Numbered from the whole stretch's first letter, positions 38,438 through 52,600 are shown. The stretch: 63,591 nt of DNA, filler included, from Sphacelaria rigidula (GCA_964200075.2; 10 parts of 10 records of this genome joined end to end with filler, not necessarily neighbours in it), one strand, 5' to 3'. The notes: a model not told the origin generated them from the letters alone. Translations and numbers: made by a program.

Positions 38438-38676
38438 CAAAATATCTCAGGATCAGAGTGCAAAATAAAAAGAACACCTAATCGAAAAAACACTGAGGGG
38501 ATATCACATTTGATGGACGGGAAATACTTTTTCGTTACATCCTGATCCTGAGGTATTTGCACTCTGAAATGACAAAAGGGTCTCCCAAAACTCTCTAATG
38601 AGATGTTGTCATGGTCTGGTGTAGTGGACAAGGGGCTCAATTTTACTTCATCTTGCGCTCGGAGTCATCCTACGAT

Positions 38677-39262
38677 AGGGGGGGCGTACTCGTTTGTTGC
38701 TTGACTTGGTCGTTTGTTGACCACGCATCCCTTTCGAGACGGAGCAACGTTCCTATTCCTAATAGAGACCTTCAACATTCCGGCGCTCATTACGTTTCTT
38801 CCATACATCACACAATTTTTTTTCACGTATCTTATCCATCTTTTTCGCCGTCTCTGGTCACCATCTATCTCCTAGTATAACCATCGTTTTCTCCTTACTG
38901 TCTAATGCATCAAACGATTTCATGCCACCTTCGTTCACGTCCCGCATTTCTCCCTCTAGCACGTCCCGTTCCTCCCGTTCCTCCTTGCATACTTTAAATT
39001 CTGCACCTATATGCCTTCTGCTTTCTATTGCTTTGCCACAGAGGCAGTTCTGTCCATCCACTTCCTCCTCCTTTCGACGACTGGTATATCTCTTCTTTCT
39101 GGCAGGTCGGGGTCCCCCACTCGAATCGCAATTTAATTTTTTCGCCGCGTCCATGGGGCTGGGCCACCATGCAGATATGCTTTCATTCCGATCCCCTTTG
39201 TCAACCCCCCGTACATCTCTCCAGGTGTTTTTCCTCGTCTACTTTGCGTCTGAGCGCTCCTT
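38677..39262 (-). mobile_element. 5'-truncated LINE, family 1
   Basis: RKRYTSRRKEEEVDGQNCLCGKAIESRRHIGAEFKV...ILGDRW. Ends GAGTACGCCCCCCC. Confidence 0.85.
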
Positions 39263-39494
39263 TTTGAAAGAACGAGGTAGTTCTTGATGTGGCGTGATAT
39301 CTCAAGGAGATGCACAGAGCCAACACGAAGTGGCGGCAAAGCACACTTGCTTGTCGAAAAGACTGATGTTGGAAATTGGCGCTTATGTGGCCGAGAATCT
39401 CAGTGAAGAGAGGGAAGAAGAAAAAGAGAGTGAGAGGGTGTGGGGGCAACCCACAAGTACCCTCGGATTAATGCGCTACGCCTGAAGACCTTTC

Positions 39495-39652
39495 TCATGA
39501 GAATATTCTTACTCATGATAATCTTCTAATAAGAATCTTCTTGCTTATGAGAATCTTCCTACTTATGAGAATCCTACGACTTCACATTAACCCGACAGAA
39601 ATCTAGAACGAAGTAATGAGAATCCTAGAACTTTACATTAACCCGACAGAGA
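39495..39652. repeat. Short tandem array of ATGAGAATC-containing units
   Basis: Units of about 19 nt (ATGAGAATCTTCYTRCTT), then two copies of ATGAGAATCCTA..ACTT.ACATTAACCCGACAGA. Confidence 0.8.
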
Positions 39653-41721
39653 CGGAAGCTCCGCTAACAATCTTAGAACAGTTGCAATCCTCTGAGGATG
39701 CGGAAGTTGTACTGCTATTTACCCGATATGAGCGACTATCGAAATAAGAGACCAATAACAAATCTGTTGTTTTAACAAACACTTGTGCGCACAGAAGGTC
39801 TAGAGACCACGCCAACGCCAACGCCTGTACTGGTGGCGTGATATAGTCAACATGTGCGTCCCTTGCCCAGGAGCAGTCTTCATTACTGTGACATCTCCAT
39901 AGGCTATCCCCTTGTACTTGTAACACTCACTCTGTCTGGAACGCCCGCTGGGTTGCGAGTGCGTATCCCCCGTTGTTTATGGATACCCAGGACTCGCCAA
40001 TCTTCTCTGCGCGCACTCCCGGATGTTTAATTTTCAAGTGTAGCTTTGACACTTCCATCTCTGCCAGCGCGAAGGTCAAGAGTGGGGCACTTACCTGTGT
40101 GGAGGGACAAAAGCACGTCGACAAAACGCAATGTATTCTCAAGACAGATACACATGTAAATAAGATGAACATTTCCAATTCACGACTTGAGTCGTTTGGT
40201 TTGCGCCCGACAGTACAAAAAAAGCGTATGTGTGCGACCTGAATGTAGTAGCCGGCGAGGATTGATCCAGGTGCCTTGAATATGAGTTTGGGTCTACGTG
40301 GGGGTCACCAGGGCGTCTGCGTTCAAGGGATGAGAACGAGAATGCTCGAAAAAGCATAATACCTTCATCTCTTATCATGTACTTCGCGTGATATGCAGTA
40401 ATGTGTGCAATACCCGCGATGAACGCTTGACATGCATCGGGCAGATGCTTCAGTGTGGGACGTTTGATCCAGCTTTCCGCACCCCAACAGGGAACATCGC
40501 CTTGACATCTTGCACATTTGCAGCACCCCACCAACATGTCTTACCTACCAGATCCGCCTGGCTCGAGATTTCGACAACAGACTCTGGGAAAAAATCTAGC
40601 TGAACATGAGCAAATACCGCGTCTGCAGTTAATCCAAGTATTTCGGGATTTTTCCTCGCGTGTATTTTCATGTTCACTTGGAGTTTGGGGGGGCATTCTC
40701 AAAACCTCGCAGCGAGGCTTATCGGGAAGATGGTCTAGGCTCCTCTAGGTGGTGTGATGCGAAGTATCCGAGACAAGTGATGGCGATAATCCATGTTTGG
40801 CGGCCGAGAACTAGAATGAACGTCCCCAAACTGAAAAAACAAGCGCATAAAAACAGAAATAGGAAACGGTCTACAGCCACTTCTCATTTGTAAAAGAAGA
40901 GCTACATCCTGTAAACTTACTTTCTGGCCCTTTTCCGTCGTTTCACGCCAGAGAGTAGGGCTAGGCGGACGTTGGCCCCTTGGAATGGCTTGCTCTACTC
41001 GCTGAGACCATTCCACGGCACCTTTGCGTTTTCCGGTTGCATCAGTGTGTTTCTGGCCAAACTTACGTTTTCAACGACAAACGGCCAAGTTATGAAAAAT
41101 GCCACCTTTGATCTCCCATCTCATGTCTTGAAAAATATCGTGTTAAATACTGCATTTTTCTTAGTGGTTTCAAGGTCGGGAAAGAGGGTTAGGCTGATGT
41201 CACCTGGAATAGCACACCCGGAATAGCGTGGTTTCAGGCTCAAGACACAGGTCAAGTGCGAAAAAATCCAAAGCTCTGAGTTGATTTCAGTCTCCGAGAC
41301 AAACACAAGTTCGGGCAAAAAAAAAACATGCGGCAACCAGAAAAACACGCACGTGTGCTGAAACCGCCTCAAAGAGTGCAGCAAGGTCTGTCTAGCTTCC
41401 TTGCAGGGCGGGAAACGTACAAGTACCAAAAAGGCAAATTCCCAGGCCTTAAATTTTTATAGCACAAAAAAAAGCGCTGCTTTTTTTCCCTCTGTCCATC
41501 GTCGTCGGTTTAGGCCTCTCCTTGTGGCAAACAAAACGAAACGTGGAAAACTGCCTTTCAAGAGCTTTTACGCCTTTTACGCCCGCAACGGAAGCTAGGC
41601 GGATTTTGACACCTAGGGATATCTTTCAATATTCGTCGCCACGGTTCCAACACACTCTTGCGTTTTCCTGATAGCCGCAGACTTTGCATAGCCAAAACTT
41701 GCGATCTTCTCTGAGACCAAT

Positions 41722-41933
41722 TAGAGGTATCTCAAACTCGGCTCCTGGTATCCTGGTTTGTTTTGTTCTATTTTTTCAAGTGAAAGTGATGCCGATTTAT
41801 CAGATGATGAGACCGTGTGACTGCCAGGTCAAGTCCTCTCATGAACCGCGATCGCTTTCACTTGAAAAAATAGTACCCAACTCAGATCCAGCGAATAAAC
41901 CAGGATGCCGGAGCCGAGTTTGAGACACCTCTA
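41722..41933. mobile_element. Palindromic MITE with TAGAG...CTCTA ends
   Basis: TAGAGGTATCTCAAACTCGGCTCC...ATCCTGGTTT and CTATTTTTTCAAGTGAAAG are both mirrored. No TSD seen. Confidence 0.75.
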
Positions 41934-42162
41934 TCAAGTCAAGAAAAATTGCCGAGACGTGTGTGGACTCAATATGTTACAACGCCTCAAACACTGGAAA
42001 ATGAGCGGCAACATGCACAGAATGAAACCTTACATTCGAACGGTACATGTGTCAATGAAGCGTTATCTTGGACGATACACGTTCCATGAAACGTTTCACA
42101 CTACGTTACATGTAACGAAACGTACCGTTCAAATTTCAAATGAAACATCAACGTAACATTAA

Positions 42163-43476
42163 TAGTGTTGGATATTTAAGCGTTTAGCGCTTCGATACGA
42201 TATCGACTTTTTCAGCGTTCGATAACCTCGGCGAGCGTATCGAGCGGGCGCTCGCTGTGCGAGCACCAAATGCCCGCAGCCCGCCCCCCGCGCGCGCGCG
42301 CCGCTGGTGAGACGGCCCCGCTGGAGCCGGAGGCGAGAAAATTGGGGTGCATGGCTCTACTTCATATTCCCATCGGAAATGGCTTAATCAACGTCTCCTA
42401 GCCAAGGAGAAAACGTGTCCAGCTTCGACACAACCCGATAGTCACACCGCACGTTCTATCGTTTTATTGAGCTGTTTTCGAATAGACAACGATGACGATA
42501 TTTCGATACGATATCCACTTCTACGGCTACTTCTCATGTATAAAAAACACATTATCAGAAAAGCCGTTTTTAAACAGCACGATTTTCAACAGAATGTTTC
42601 GAAGTAGACCTTCTGACGTGATCGACGCACCATCAACAGTGGAAACGCAGTGTTCACGGTTTTCTATGACGTGTGCAGGCAAATTTTCAAATTCTGGGGC
42701 GCGCCAGAGAGACGCAGCACTCTGCTGTCCTGTCGTGGTGCACGGTGCGTACTGATCGTCTGTACTACTGTGATGCATTGCCTGAGCAATACTAGCAATA
42801 ATACATGGTGGGCTGCGTGACGCAAGACCATCAATAAGAACACCACCTTGCTGTACCAACTGGCTGTAGAAGTGACGGCTGTGCTTTTTCACTGCACGGT
42901 AGTACTTGACTGAAAGGACAGCACGGACAACAGTACACACAACAGTGCTGTGTTGCGTACATTGGCTGTAGTACTACAACAGTAGCACTATTCATAGTCT
43001 TGTGTGTACTGTCAGTCCGGTCCTGTCTCCACAAGGCTTGGGTGCGTGCTGTTCACAACACGCTGCGTGCACAGACCTAAACTGAGCTACAATATTGTAC
43101 GGACGACATACAGCTGTCCTATCTGTACAGCAGTCGTCATCGACCCTGCCCTCTGCTGTTCTCATGGGGTAAAGGGCCACCACGCTACTGACGAGCGAAG
43201 GACAATGGTGCAACACGCTGAATGCCCGCGAGCACCAGCAACATAAGTAGTAGTGATGGCAGCCAAGCCATCACAGGTGCTGTCGTGGGCTGTAAGGTGT
43301 GTTTAAACGAGGTTCAAACGCTTTTTCGATAAAATTTTCGATAGCTGAAAATCTTGATTTTCGGATAACTTTGAGCTATCGGTAAATGTTTTCAGAAAAA
43401 AAATCCATCAGAAAATGCGTTTTCTGATCACATAATAAGTGGGTTCTCGGTCATTTCAAACATAAGGAGTAGCCTA
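42163..43476. mobile_element. Possible non-autonomous hAT element
   Basis: TAG...CTA ends, flanks AACATTAA/AACATTGA, and TCGATA subterminal motifs at both ends. TIR identity is poor. Confidence 0.4.
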
Positions 43477-44250
43477 AACATTGACTTTTTTGAACGTACC
43501 AAACGAAATGTAAACGTGTAACGTGCACGAGCCGGGCCAGTTGACACTGATTTTGAGCGAAGAGTGGAGATACCATTGGTAATTCGAAGAGTTGGACCAA
43601 CTTTCATGACCAATCTCGATTTTTTTGGGACGGGGGGACTCAAATTCGTGGATTCTAAATCAGGGGGACCCTTTTATGGCGCAGACAAAACAGTATCACA
43701 GATTTGTGAAACGGTTCTGTACACAGACGGTCATTTTCTCCACGAGTGTGGTACTGCGTACTCGTGCATGAAGCCGAAGAGCAGGCAGGCGGTAAATAAT
43801 CCTTCGAGAACAGTGTCATACCTTGATACCCTAGGGTAATACAGCGCAGGACGCTACGTCAGCAGCACAGCAGATGATAATGCCGTGTGGTCGACAGCAC
43901 AGCCGGTATTGCGAGAACAGAGAACAAACTGTGCGCGAGCAGAGTTCAGTAGTGCAGTGCCGTACATCACCCCTCAAGCACAACGACAACAGCTAGGAGA
44001 GTGCAATAGCGTTTGTTATACTTTAGTGATACATGTGGCAGCGCAGTGCAGCATAAAATATTACTATCGCCACAGCGTATGGCGTCAGCACTTATTATCC
44101 GCTTGTCGAACCCCGTGCGAAGTTGCTTCAGCAGCTGGGGCGGGCAGTGGGCACGCCCTGTCCTGTCACGAAACCATCTTCTGCTGCCGTTGCAAAAATA
44201 TCAAACGCCTCGTACTCTAGCATTGTACATTAATGCCCGTACGTCGCCTC

Positions 44251-44350
44251 AAAAAAATCGGAGTGAGTCACGATCTCGGAACGATTCGCCCCGATTTTTT
44301 CTCGAAAAATCGGGGGAAATCGTTCCGAGATCGTTACTCCTTGATTTTTT
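44251..44350. repeat. Imperfect hairpin of about 100 nt
   Basis: ACGATCTCGGAACGATT..CCCCGATTTTT is mirrored by AAAAATCGGGG..AATCGTTCCGAGATCGT. Confidence 0.8.
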
Positions 44351-45759
44351 CGCTCCCGATTTTGGTCCAAAATCCATGTTCATACAATGCGTTCCCCGAT
44401 TTCTTACCCCCCGATTTTGAAAAATCGAGATTTAACAGTGTTTTCGTGAGATTGAGAGTAGATGATACGATTGAGAGTGAAAAGNNNNNNNNNNNNNNNN
44501 NNNNNNNNNNNNNNNNNNNNNNNNNNNNTTAATTAATTAANNNNNNNNNNNNNNNNNNNNNNNNNNNNNNNNNNNNNNNNNNNNGGTGAGCTGCATCATG
44601 CTAAGATTGTTCGGCCCGAAGCCTACTGATTATCTTGCATTTGGATGATAGCCAGCCTACAATGAATTGCTTTATTTTCCGGTATCGCCACTTCCAGAGA
44701 CAGCGACGACTTGTACAATGCCTCATGGGTGCCTCACCGGGTCTGGGCTAGGGGGGGGGAGGGGGTTTAAAATTTGAGTATTTCCACGAAATCCCAAACA
44801 CACCTTGCTACTGAACTTGCCAACGGGCGTTTCTACATTTTTTCACCATATTGGGCGTTTCTACATTTTTCCAATGAGGTAATCAAGGGCGGGCGCCGGC
44901 TTGGTCGCCGACCACCTTGAAGTATATCTCAATAAGTGGTTACCAACAAGAATAACGCTTACTGCACGGTTCAATTCTGTCTTGCTTTGATTCATGGGTT
45001 GATTGTGGCACATTTACTCGTCCGGTACGAATACACCAGTGGTCTTTACCCACAAACATAGGCGTATCCAAGGCAAATAGACGGTAACACGCGAAAAACA
45101 GGGGGGGGGGGGGGGAAAAAATGAGGAAAAAAAAAAACGAAAAAAAAAAAACACAGAACAACAAGGAAAAGTCAAACTAAAAAAAAAGANNNNNNNNNNC
45201 AGTGGGTCTTTACCAAAAAAAAAAGGCGTATCCAAGGAAAATAGACGGTAACACGAGAAAAACAGGGGGGGGGGGGGTAGCACTGAGGAATAACGAAGAC
45301 GAAAAACAAAACACACAGAACTACGAGGAAACGTCAGACTGAAATCTAGTACTGCACCTGTCCGAAGATAAAATCCTGACGTGCCCCCGTACGTCGGAAA
45401 AGTAAAAACAAAAACGTAGTTCTACGTTTTGCTCGCTACCATGATGTCGGGAACGAAGCAAAAGAGCAGACAACAATCGTCATGGTGCAATATGCCTCGA
45501 TTATGCCACGTGGGAATCGCCGTTCTTCGAGCCATTTCATACCTTCTTCCTGGTTTTGGGGTTTCTCTTTTCCATCCGAACCCAGTGCGACTGCCACATC
45601 AACAAGGTACACCCACGTTTCAGCAAGGGAAAAAGGCAACGAGAGGGACAAAGGAGTGAGGCGCGGTGAGCAAGAGGAAGGAGCGGTTGTCAATGCCCAA
45701 TTCTATCGGGGAGGGATGGGTTTGTCCCTTGAGATCACGGACTCATCCCGAGGGGGAGA

Positions 45760-45835
45760 GGGGGGGGGGGCGTACTCATTTGTTGCTTGCCTCAGTCGTT
45801 CGACTATTGACCACGCATCTCTTTCGAGACGGAGA
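45760..45835 (-). mobile_element. LINE 3' terminal fragment, family 1
   Basis: Shared 3' motif, with G-runs on both sides on the plus strand. Confidence 0.8.
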
Positions 45836-47134
45836 ACAGCGGGGGGGTTAGATTATGACAAAAACAAACGGCCATCTTCGCACTCCGGAAACGGGACGGC
45901 AGGGACGAAACTCTGCTCTGCACGGAGCACGAACTCATGGCGAATGATGGCATGCTAGAGCAGTGTATCTCGCGACACATCCACAAGCGGCTACAGGCTT
46001 GACATGAACAGAAAGACAAAAAAAAAAACAGTATCTTGAATCTTGATAGTGCGATGCTGAACACAGAAGACAGAACGAACACTGCAGGCATGGATAGTGC
46101 ATGTGCCCACGGTACGACTACGCTTGTGCTGCTGAAAAACGTGAGCCTCCGCTTCCACCTGCCGAAGGTAGCTGTGCTGATCTTATCGTTGAAGGTACTC
46201 CAACGAAAGGCGTATCATTGCCCTTGGTGCATATGGGAAGTATCGGCCGTGAGCGCTGAGAGATTCCGTGGGCATGGTGGCTTTCAAATGTCGACTTCTT
46301 GTAGCACCATGCTCTACCGGCTATACCCAGGGTGCAGGAGGAGATCCGTCTCTGATATGTGCGAGTGCTTCGGAGCCCCTTGCGCGTGCGGAAACACTTT
46401 CCCGTCACGTGCTCGTTTTTTCATGGTTGTGCACGTATACGTAGGTACAGTGAGCATACACAAGAGCCACCCTTCCACGACGCACTTTCATATAATATAC
46501 TTCGTACATGGAAGCATCGCATCTGTTTGCGCCTTGAACACGGTAGACGTATGGTTTGCGGAGGAACTGATCACGGAACGCGAGAATTCAGGACGTGAAA
46601 CGACGGCGGTGCGGGTGTCTTCGAAGCTGCACGACAATACATATACCGCTACCGCTGCAAGGGTGTGCCATCTAGCTACAACAAGATTTCTGCCTCCATC
46701 TCTAACTCTACTGTAATAACATTACCTACACAGCTGCTACGTATCCATCCTGGCGAGGAGTTTGTTATGACAGACGTTTACACTATCCAGAGCATCGTCA
46801 ACGATAGGGGATAACAGGGGTGCGAAATCTGTAGCGTGACATTTACAAAAACCGATTCCCCTCATCATATCGAAGAGTTCACCCACTGTTGATCATAATT
46901 CAATCACATTAGCTCTCTACCCAAAACCAGTGTCGGGAAGTTTCTGCGAAAATCCCTGTCCGAGGTACTTGGCACGATCTAGCAACGCATTTGCTAAATT
47001 TCACCATTGAAGGCGTGAAGGCCAGCAGCCAACGGCCGGCCTGAGGCCTTGACCTACATGTTACGATAGTGGGTGAAGGCTGAAGGCAAAACGCCAAGTA
47101 CTGTAGCGTCATGCCGACGCCGGTGCAGACTAAC

Positions 47135-49690
47135 CTCTTCCGGATCATCCTCTCCGATTCCGGTGAAGGCCTTGACGCTTTGGATGAAGGCCTTTGCGTC
47201 TGCTCTCGCTTCATCATCACTATCCTCTCCCGGTGACACCTTAAGTTACCCCCATCATCCCGCATTAAGGAGTAATGAGGAACGCGAGGAGCGAGGGGAG
47301 AGAAGATTTCATGTTTGCGGTTTGAGTATTGGATCTGACGTGCGGTTTTTATTCTTGACCTACTCAGCGCTATAGGGTGCATGACATGAGTGCAAAAACA
47401 AACGAGCAAGATTGCCCACACGTGAGATTTCAAACTATTCTAACGTAGATGCTGTGGTACTGTATGTATGTAGCTCAGGGGCCAGGTCAACAATTTCCGC
47501 GTTCATCGCAACTGACAGCGAAAACGCCTCCTCGAAATGGAGGTAGGAAGACAGGTGGATATTGAAGGGCGGAGGGAATATGTTGATGTTAGTACACATA
47601 TACATATAAACACAAACGATACAGATTCACCAAAATACGACGCCTACAATGAACACGTCAATGAAATACTGCAATGACCCGCGGTCGCCCGCGGGGGTAC
47701 AAAGAAGACGGGCGGGGCGGCAGCCCGCAGTCAGTCCAAACGCGACAAAAACATGGAAGTACAAACACTTCATAGCGTTGCACACGAATAACTGCGGCGA
47801 ACTAGATACATGCTATACACGATATCGGGGCTGGATTCCATCGTTGGAGTACGCCATCAATCTCTCTTCTGATCTGTCTCTGTCAGTACCCTGAAACCAC
47901 GGACATCATTTTCTCTTTGCGGGGAACGTCCTACTACTTCCAGCATGAAAATAATATTCGGATGGCGGACCTGCGCATATTGGATCAATAATGTATCAAA
48001 GTCATCAAAAGTTGTCCAACAAACCTTCGCGCCGCCGATCGCTTTCTTCGCCCCACAGCAGCAGAAGCTTCGACAGCACGACGCGAGGCAAGATCTCTGA
48101 GGCTTTTTGGCCGCCGGTCTAGCGGGCCTGATGGAAGCGCCGTCCGAAACAGCCGCCGAGCCCTGCCGACACAACACAGTGAATTAAGGGAAGTAAACAA
48201 ACCAAAAAAAAAGGAGAAGAGTTTGACCATTTGGTCGCCCATGATTTCCGTTCTTGCATTCTGTCCGCTTACAATTCGCCGAGTTTTTGGAGTTTTTTTA
48301 GGATCGTATTTTGTATGTACGTGGCATGGGTGCACGGTCGCTAAATGAGTAGTGGCGATCGGCGGGTGTCGTCTAAAACTTGAATGGCTAGGGCAATGAG
48401 CATGCAGCGAGCTTTCTGTGGTGGTTAGAAGGGAGGAAAGATCTACGTCTCCTTCGTTCACGCACAACTACGTGCATGTGTCTACTGAGCGAGACACCAA
48501 CGTCCTGCTTTGCACGAAGATAAGGGTGCACGGACACTTCACTCGAGCATAAGCACATACAAGGCGGGCGAGACAACAAATGTACTGCTGTCGGTTGAGG
48601 CTTGAGCAAAGAACAATCCTGGCATGTGGCTCGTGTGTTTGCGACGGCTTTCCCCGCGTATGGACTGTCTCTTCATCATAAAAAAACAACTACTTCGAAA
48701 CTCCCGAAAAAAACGTCAAAACGGGTGAACATCCAAGGCAAGGGGGTCGGGTGGGAACAGAGGGTCATGGACAAAAAAACAGAAGAAAAAACACCGACAA
48801 TAAATGACCACAGCGTTGTTCCTTCGTGGACGACGTGATAACGTTCGGGTCCGCATCGCAAGAGTTATGCAGGGTAAACGATCAGGGTGTGTATTTATAA
48901 TAAGCACACACGGAACTTGTTTGGTCTGACACAAACTACATGCTCCTCCGCTAGCTCGAAGCGATGCATGTTAACACTACCGTACGTGGCGCGCCTGGAA
49001 ACAATGTATCCAATCTACTTCGCTGTGACCACCGCCAAAATCAGTTTGTGGGTCAATATCGTTACTGTAGCACTGGGTGGATATCGGGGGGAAAGCCGTC
49101 GGTATTCGACGGCGTGCCCCGTAGGGTACCGGGTACTCGCCGTTACAGAGCGGCCGGTGGTAAACTCTAGTCATGTCGAGAATAGGATTATCGAAGCTCA
49201 CATGTGCATTGGAGACTGACGTCTCATAGTTCGGCGGCTCGCCTCCCGCCATGTTGGCAACGAGCGGCTGATCGGGCCTCTCTGTAGTCAGGCTGGCTGC
49301 CTGCATGTCAATCTCCATGTTCCTCATCTGTGCCGAGAAAACAGGGCAACGGTGTTATTATCGAGCGACAGCAATGGCCGTTTTTTTCATCTATTTTTTT
49401 TCCGTTGAAAACTATATCTTGTGTGTATCTATGCATATACGTACTTCGACCCCCCCCCTTTCCCCCCCCATCGTCATATGATTACGGCATGCAATATCAC
49501 GAGTACACCCCCCCCCCTCCCCGGCCTCTCCTCTTGCTCCTCTTGGAGACGCGTCCGTGATCTGAAAGGGTCAATCCACCTTTTCCCCTGCATCCACTAT
49601 GCACTTTTGGTCGAGCATCTTTCGGATCATGGCTATCATCACTCCCGCAGCCTGTCGACCTCCATCGCATGGTTTTCCCTCAACAAGTCG
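47135..49690 (-). CDS. Putative multi-exon host gene fragment, unknown product
   Basis: AG/GT-bounded candidate exons: about 49327-49220 (MRNMEIDMQAASLTTERP...), about 48162-48025 (GSAAVSDG...SCLASCCRSFCCCGAKKAIGGAK) and about 47239-47135 (VSPGEDSDDEARADAKAFIQSVKAFTGIGEDDPEE). The last two join in phase 0. The first junction is unresolved. Confidence 0.45.
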
Positions 49691-52600
49691 TTCTGACGTT
49701 TTTCTGACGGCGCATATCGGAATATATAGACACTACGAGAATTTCGGCGGCTATCGTCGCCACGCTGAGCGGATCGACAAGCAAGATACATGGGCACCGA
49801 TGCTGTTACTTATGTCCGTTGCGTAATGGTGCATGACATAGTTTGGCAAAGCCGTAGTAGTAGCAGCCAGCTCATGAGCTGAGCACGTTGTTCGACGCCT
49901 TGCGCGAACCTTTTCAGAATTCCATGAGAGACGATGATTTGGGCACGTTGTTGGAGACGCCCGTCCACCACGAAGAAAATGGGTCAGCACCCATTGAGCT
50001 GGTGCGGATTCAAATTCGAAGAAGGCTTTGTTTTTACCTCCGCCTCGAGCGTTCAGTGCAGAAGAACGCCCCCCAATGCCCAGCGAGATGCAACCGAAGA
50101 GGCTGACACGTCCAATCAGCGAAAAAATGTACTCTAAAATCAAGTAAAGGAGAAATGCTGGCTTCTCAGAGGTTCATAGAACGAACTGATCCCGAAAGAC
50201 ATGTACTCTAAAATCAAGTGAAAAAAATCCACCAAAAGTGTACCTGTCTGCAGGGCTTGAAAATGAGCCGAAATATAACCTGTATGTATGATGATGATAT
50301 TGTCGGGATTTGAGGTCACAACAATCAGCGACAAACTAGCGTCCATGTAACAGTATCATCACCGGGACGCGACAGAGAATTTTGCATCGTAAATGATCCA
50401 TACCATCGCTTTTTTGTTATTATCTGGTGCCTTTCACTCGAAATCTAAATGTCACCATTCGTGCTGTTCACTGGTCTCTCCAAACGATGGCCCCATAGCG
50501 AGAAGGCGATGAGCCAAATTTCGTCAAAATAAAAACAAAAACTCGATTAATTTCTCTCCCTTTCCCCCCCGCGGCTCCATCTAACTGATGTTGCTGACCC
50601 CTCCCCGTCCCTCCCTGTTGATTTTTTCCTCATGACTGTTGCCTTCTTCGTTCTCCATACACTATTCTTCATCCTCTCCACCCCCGAAAAAATTGACATA
50701 CCCCGAACAAAAAGGCCCAGTGATATCGACAAGCTCTTTCCGGATTCCGCGTTCAGACTTCTCCGAAAACAGCGCCGCTTGACCATTCCCCCCCCCCACC
50801 AAGCTAGCCTGGTCCGGCGAGAACCCGGCGTGCTCCGTCCCGGCTTTGTAGGGNNNNNNNNNNNNNNNNNNNNNNNNNNNNNNNNNNNNNNNNNNNNTTA
50901 ATTAATTAANNNNNNNNNNNNNNNNNNNNNNNNNNNNNNNNNNNNNNNNNNNNACACGAAACGGTGAAATTTCGTAATCGTTGACCGAAGTTTTGTTGTT
51001 TGCCTAGTTCAGTGATCAACCTGCACTGTAGAGTTAAGCAAATGCTGACAACAACTGGAGACTGCCGTTTACTTGTATCATGGTGCTTCCAACCGGGACT
51101 GTTGTGTTCGATCATATCATCTGCGGTGCGGCTCAAGCCAGGAGAGGTGAAACGTTCAGGAAGATGTTCACGGAGATATTCAATTTTCTTATTACTGAAG
51201 AGAGCAAAACATGTGTGTTTTCACCACCTCGCCATAAGTTAGCAAGGGCATCACGTGACGAAACAAGTAATCAGCCATCATGATGCGCTGGGAGCGACGC
51301 GCTCGTGCTCACGCTCACGACGGCACGAAAGTAATCAAGCGACGGAGACCGCTATTGTGGTTCCCACCGCGCTTGGGGTAAAGTGAAGAAACGCAATCAG
51401 TCGAATTAAAAAATAATCAATGTACTCTTGACCATGACAGGTACCCCGCAAAAATAACTGCGAGATACAATGCTGCTCAGGCGAAGATTTCAATTCTGCC
51501 GCGTACGTACGGAATGAGTGAAGTGTGATTCGTTGCCTCAAGCAACAGCGGGTAAGAGCTATGCTTCTATAATGAAACGCGTGCAGAACTCCACATGCCA
51601 TAACATCAATTAACGAGATTATCATCCCAGGATCATAGACCGAACAACGCACAATAGAGCAAGAGGAATGATAGCCTCAACCAGAAGCCACGAAGATTTG
51701 CACTTGCGAGGAAGATGAGTCAAGATGAAGCAGCTGCAGGCGGAAATTTACGTTTGTCGTGCGTACTGCTGTAATAAGTGGAGATTGTAAATGCGCCGCC
51801 CATGACGCGAGTCAGTGGGTACATACCCACATAAATAACAGTGATTTCGGGATATTGTATGTCTACTGAGACTCAACCGAAGAAAGAAAACATGGAGTGA
51901 TACATGAGGTGAGGCCTCGAGATGAACCTGAAGACTAAGGCCCATTCGGGTGTGCTTGCGCCCCTTGAAGATGCGTGTCCACAACGTTAGCGTAGCGATA
52001 TCGCTCACAGCGTGACTGATGAGGTGGAGGTGCAGTTATTACCGCCATGCTTTAGGCACGTATCTTGAGGCAGATGAAATGGATGCGCGCCCAAATCAAC
52101 GATACGGTAGCAAGGAAGACGGCACAAAAATGATTTTGTCAAGAAGAGTTGATATCAGCGCCGCATCCGCTCCAGGCTTACTGCCCAACCTGCGCGTAGG
52201 TGGCTAGGAGCGAGTCCTGTGCGCGATGCATTTGGGTAAAGTAAAACGACGTGCCGCCCACGCAGTTCGATTCGATGCTCTTACAGTTCAGAGTCAGAAT
52301 CTTCAGCTATTCTTGATTGAGCAGGAAGCGCGAAGTTGATGTCGGAAGGCATGAGTCTCTACACGTTATATCCGTCAAATGCAACAGCTGCACGCACGAT
52401 TTTTGACGCGTGATACAGCTAGCAGGAGCAATGTAGCGCTGTATGCACCCATTATGTTGCACACTGTATTGTTACATGTGAAGCCGCACCGGTTAAATGA
52501 ACTATGCATCACCGAACTGCTGTCCACTAAATGCGCGGCACTGGCCAAGAGGGTCAGTGTTACCTCGAACGTCATCAGATTTTAGTGGCAGCGATGGGGC

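Noticed and set aside
39495..39652. CRISPR-like repeat array
   Set aside because: No unique constant-length spacers, degenerate units, no cas genes, and a eukaryotic context.
45037..45345. Direct repeat of about 150 bp around the N gap at 45190
   Set aside because: Same artefact: error-rich A-runs after poly(G), from overlapping contig ends.
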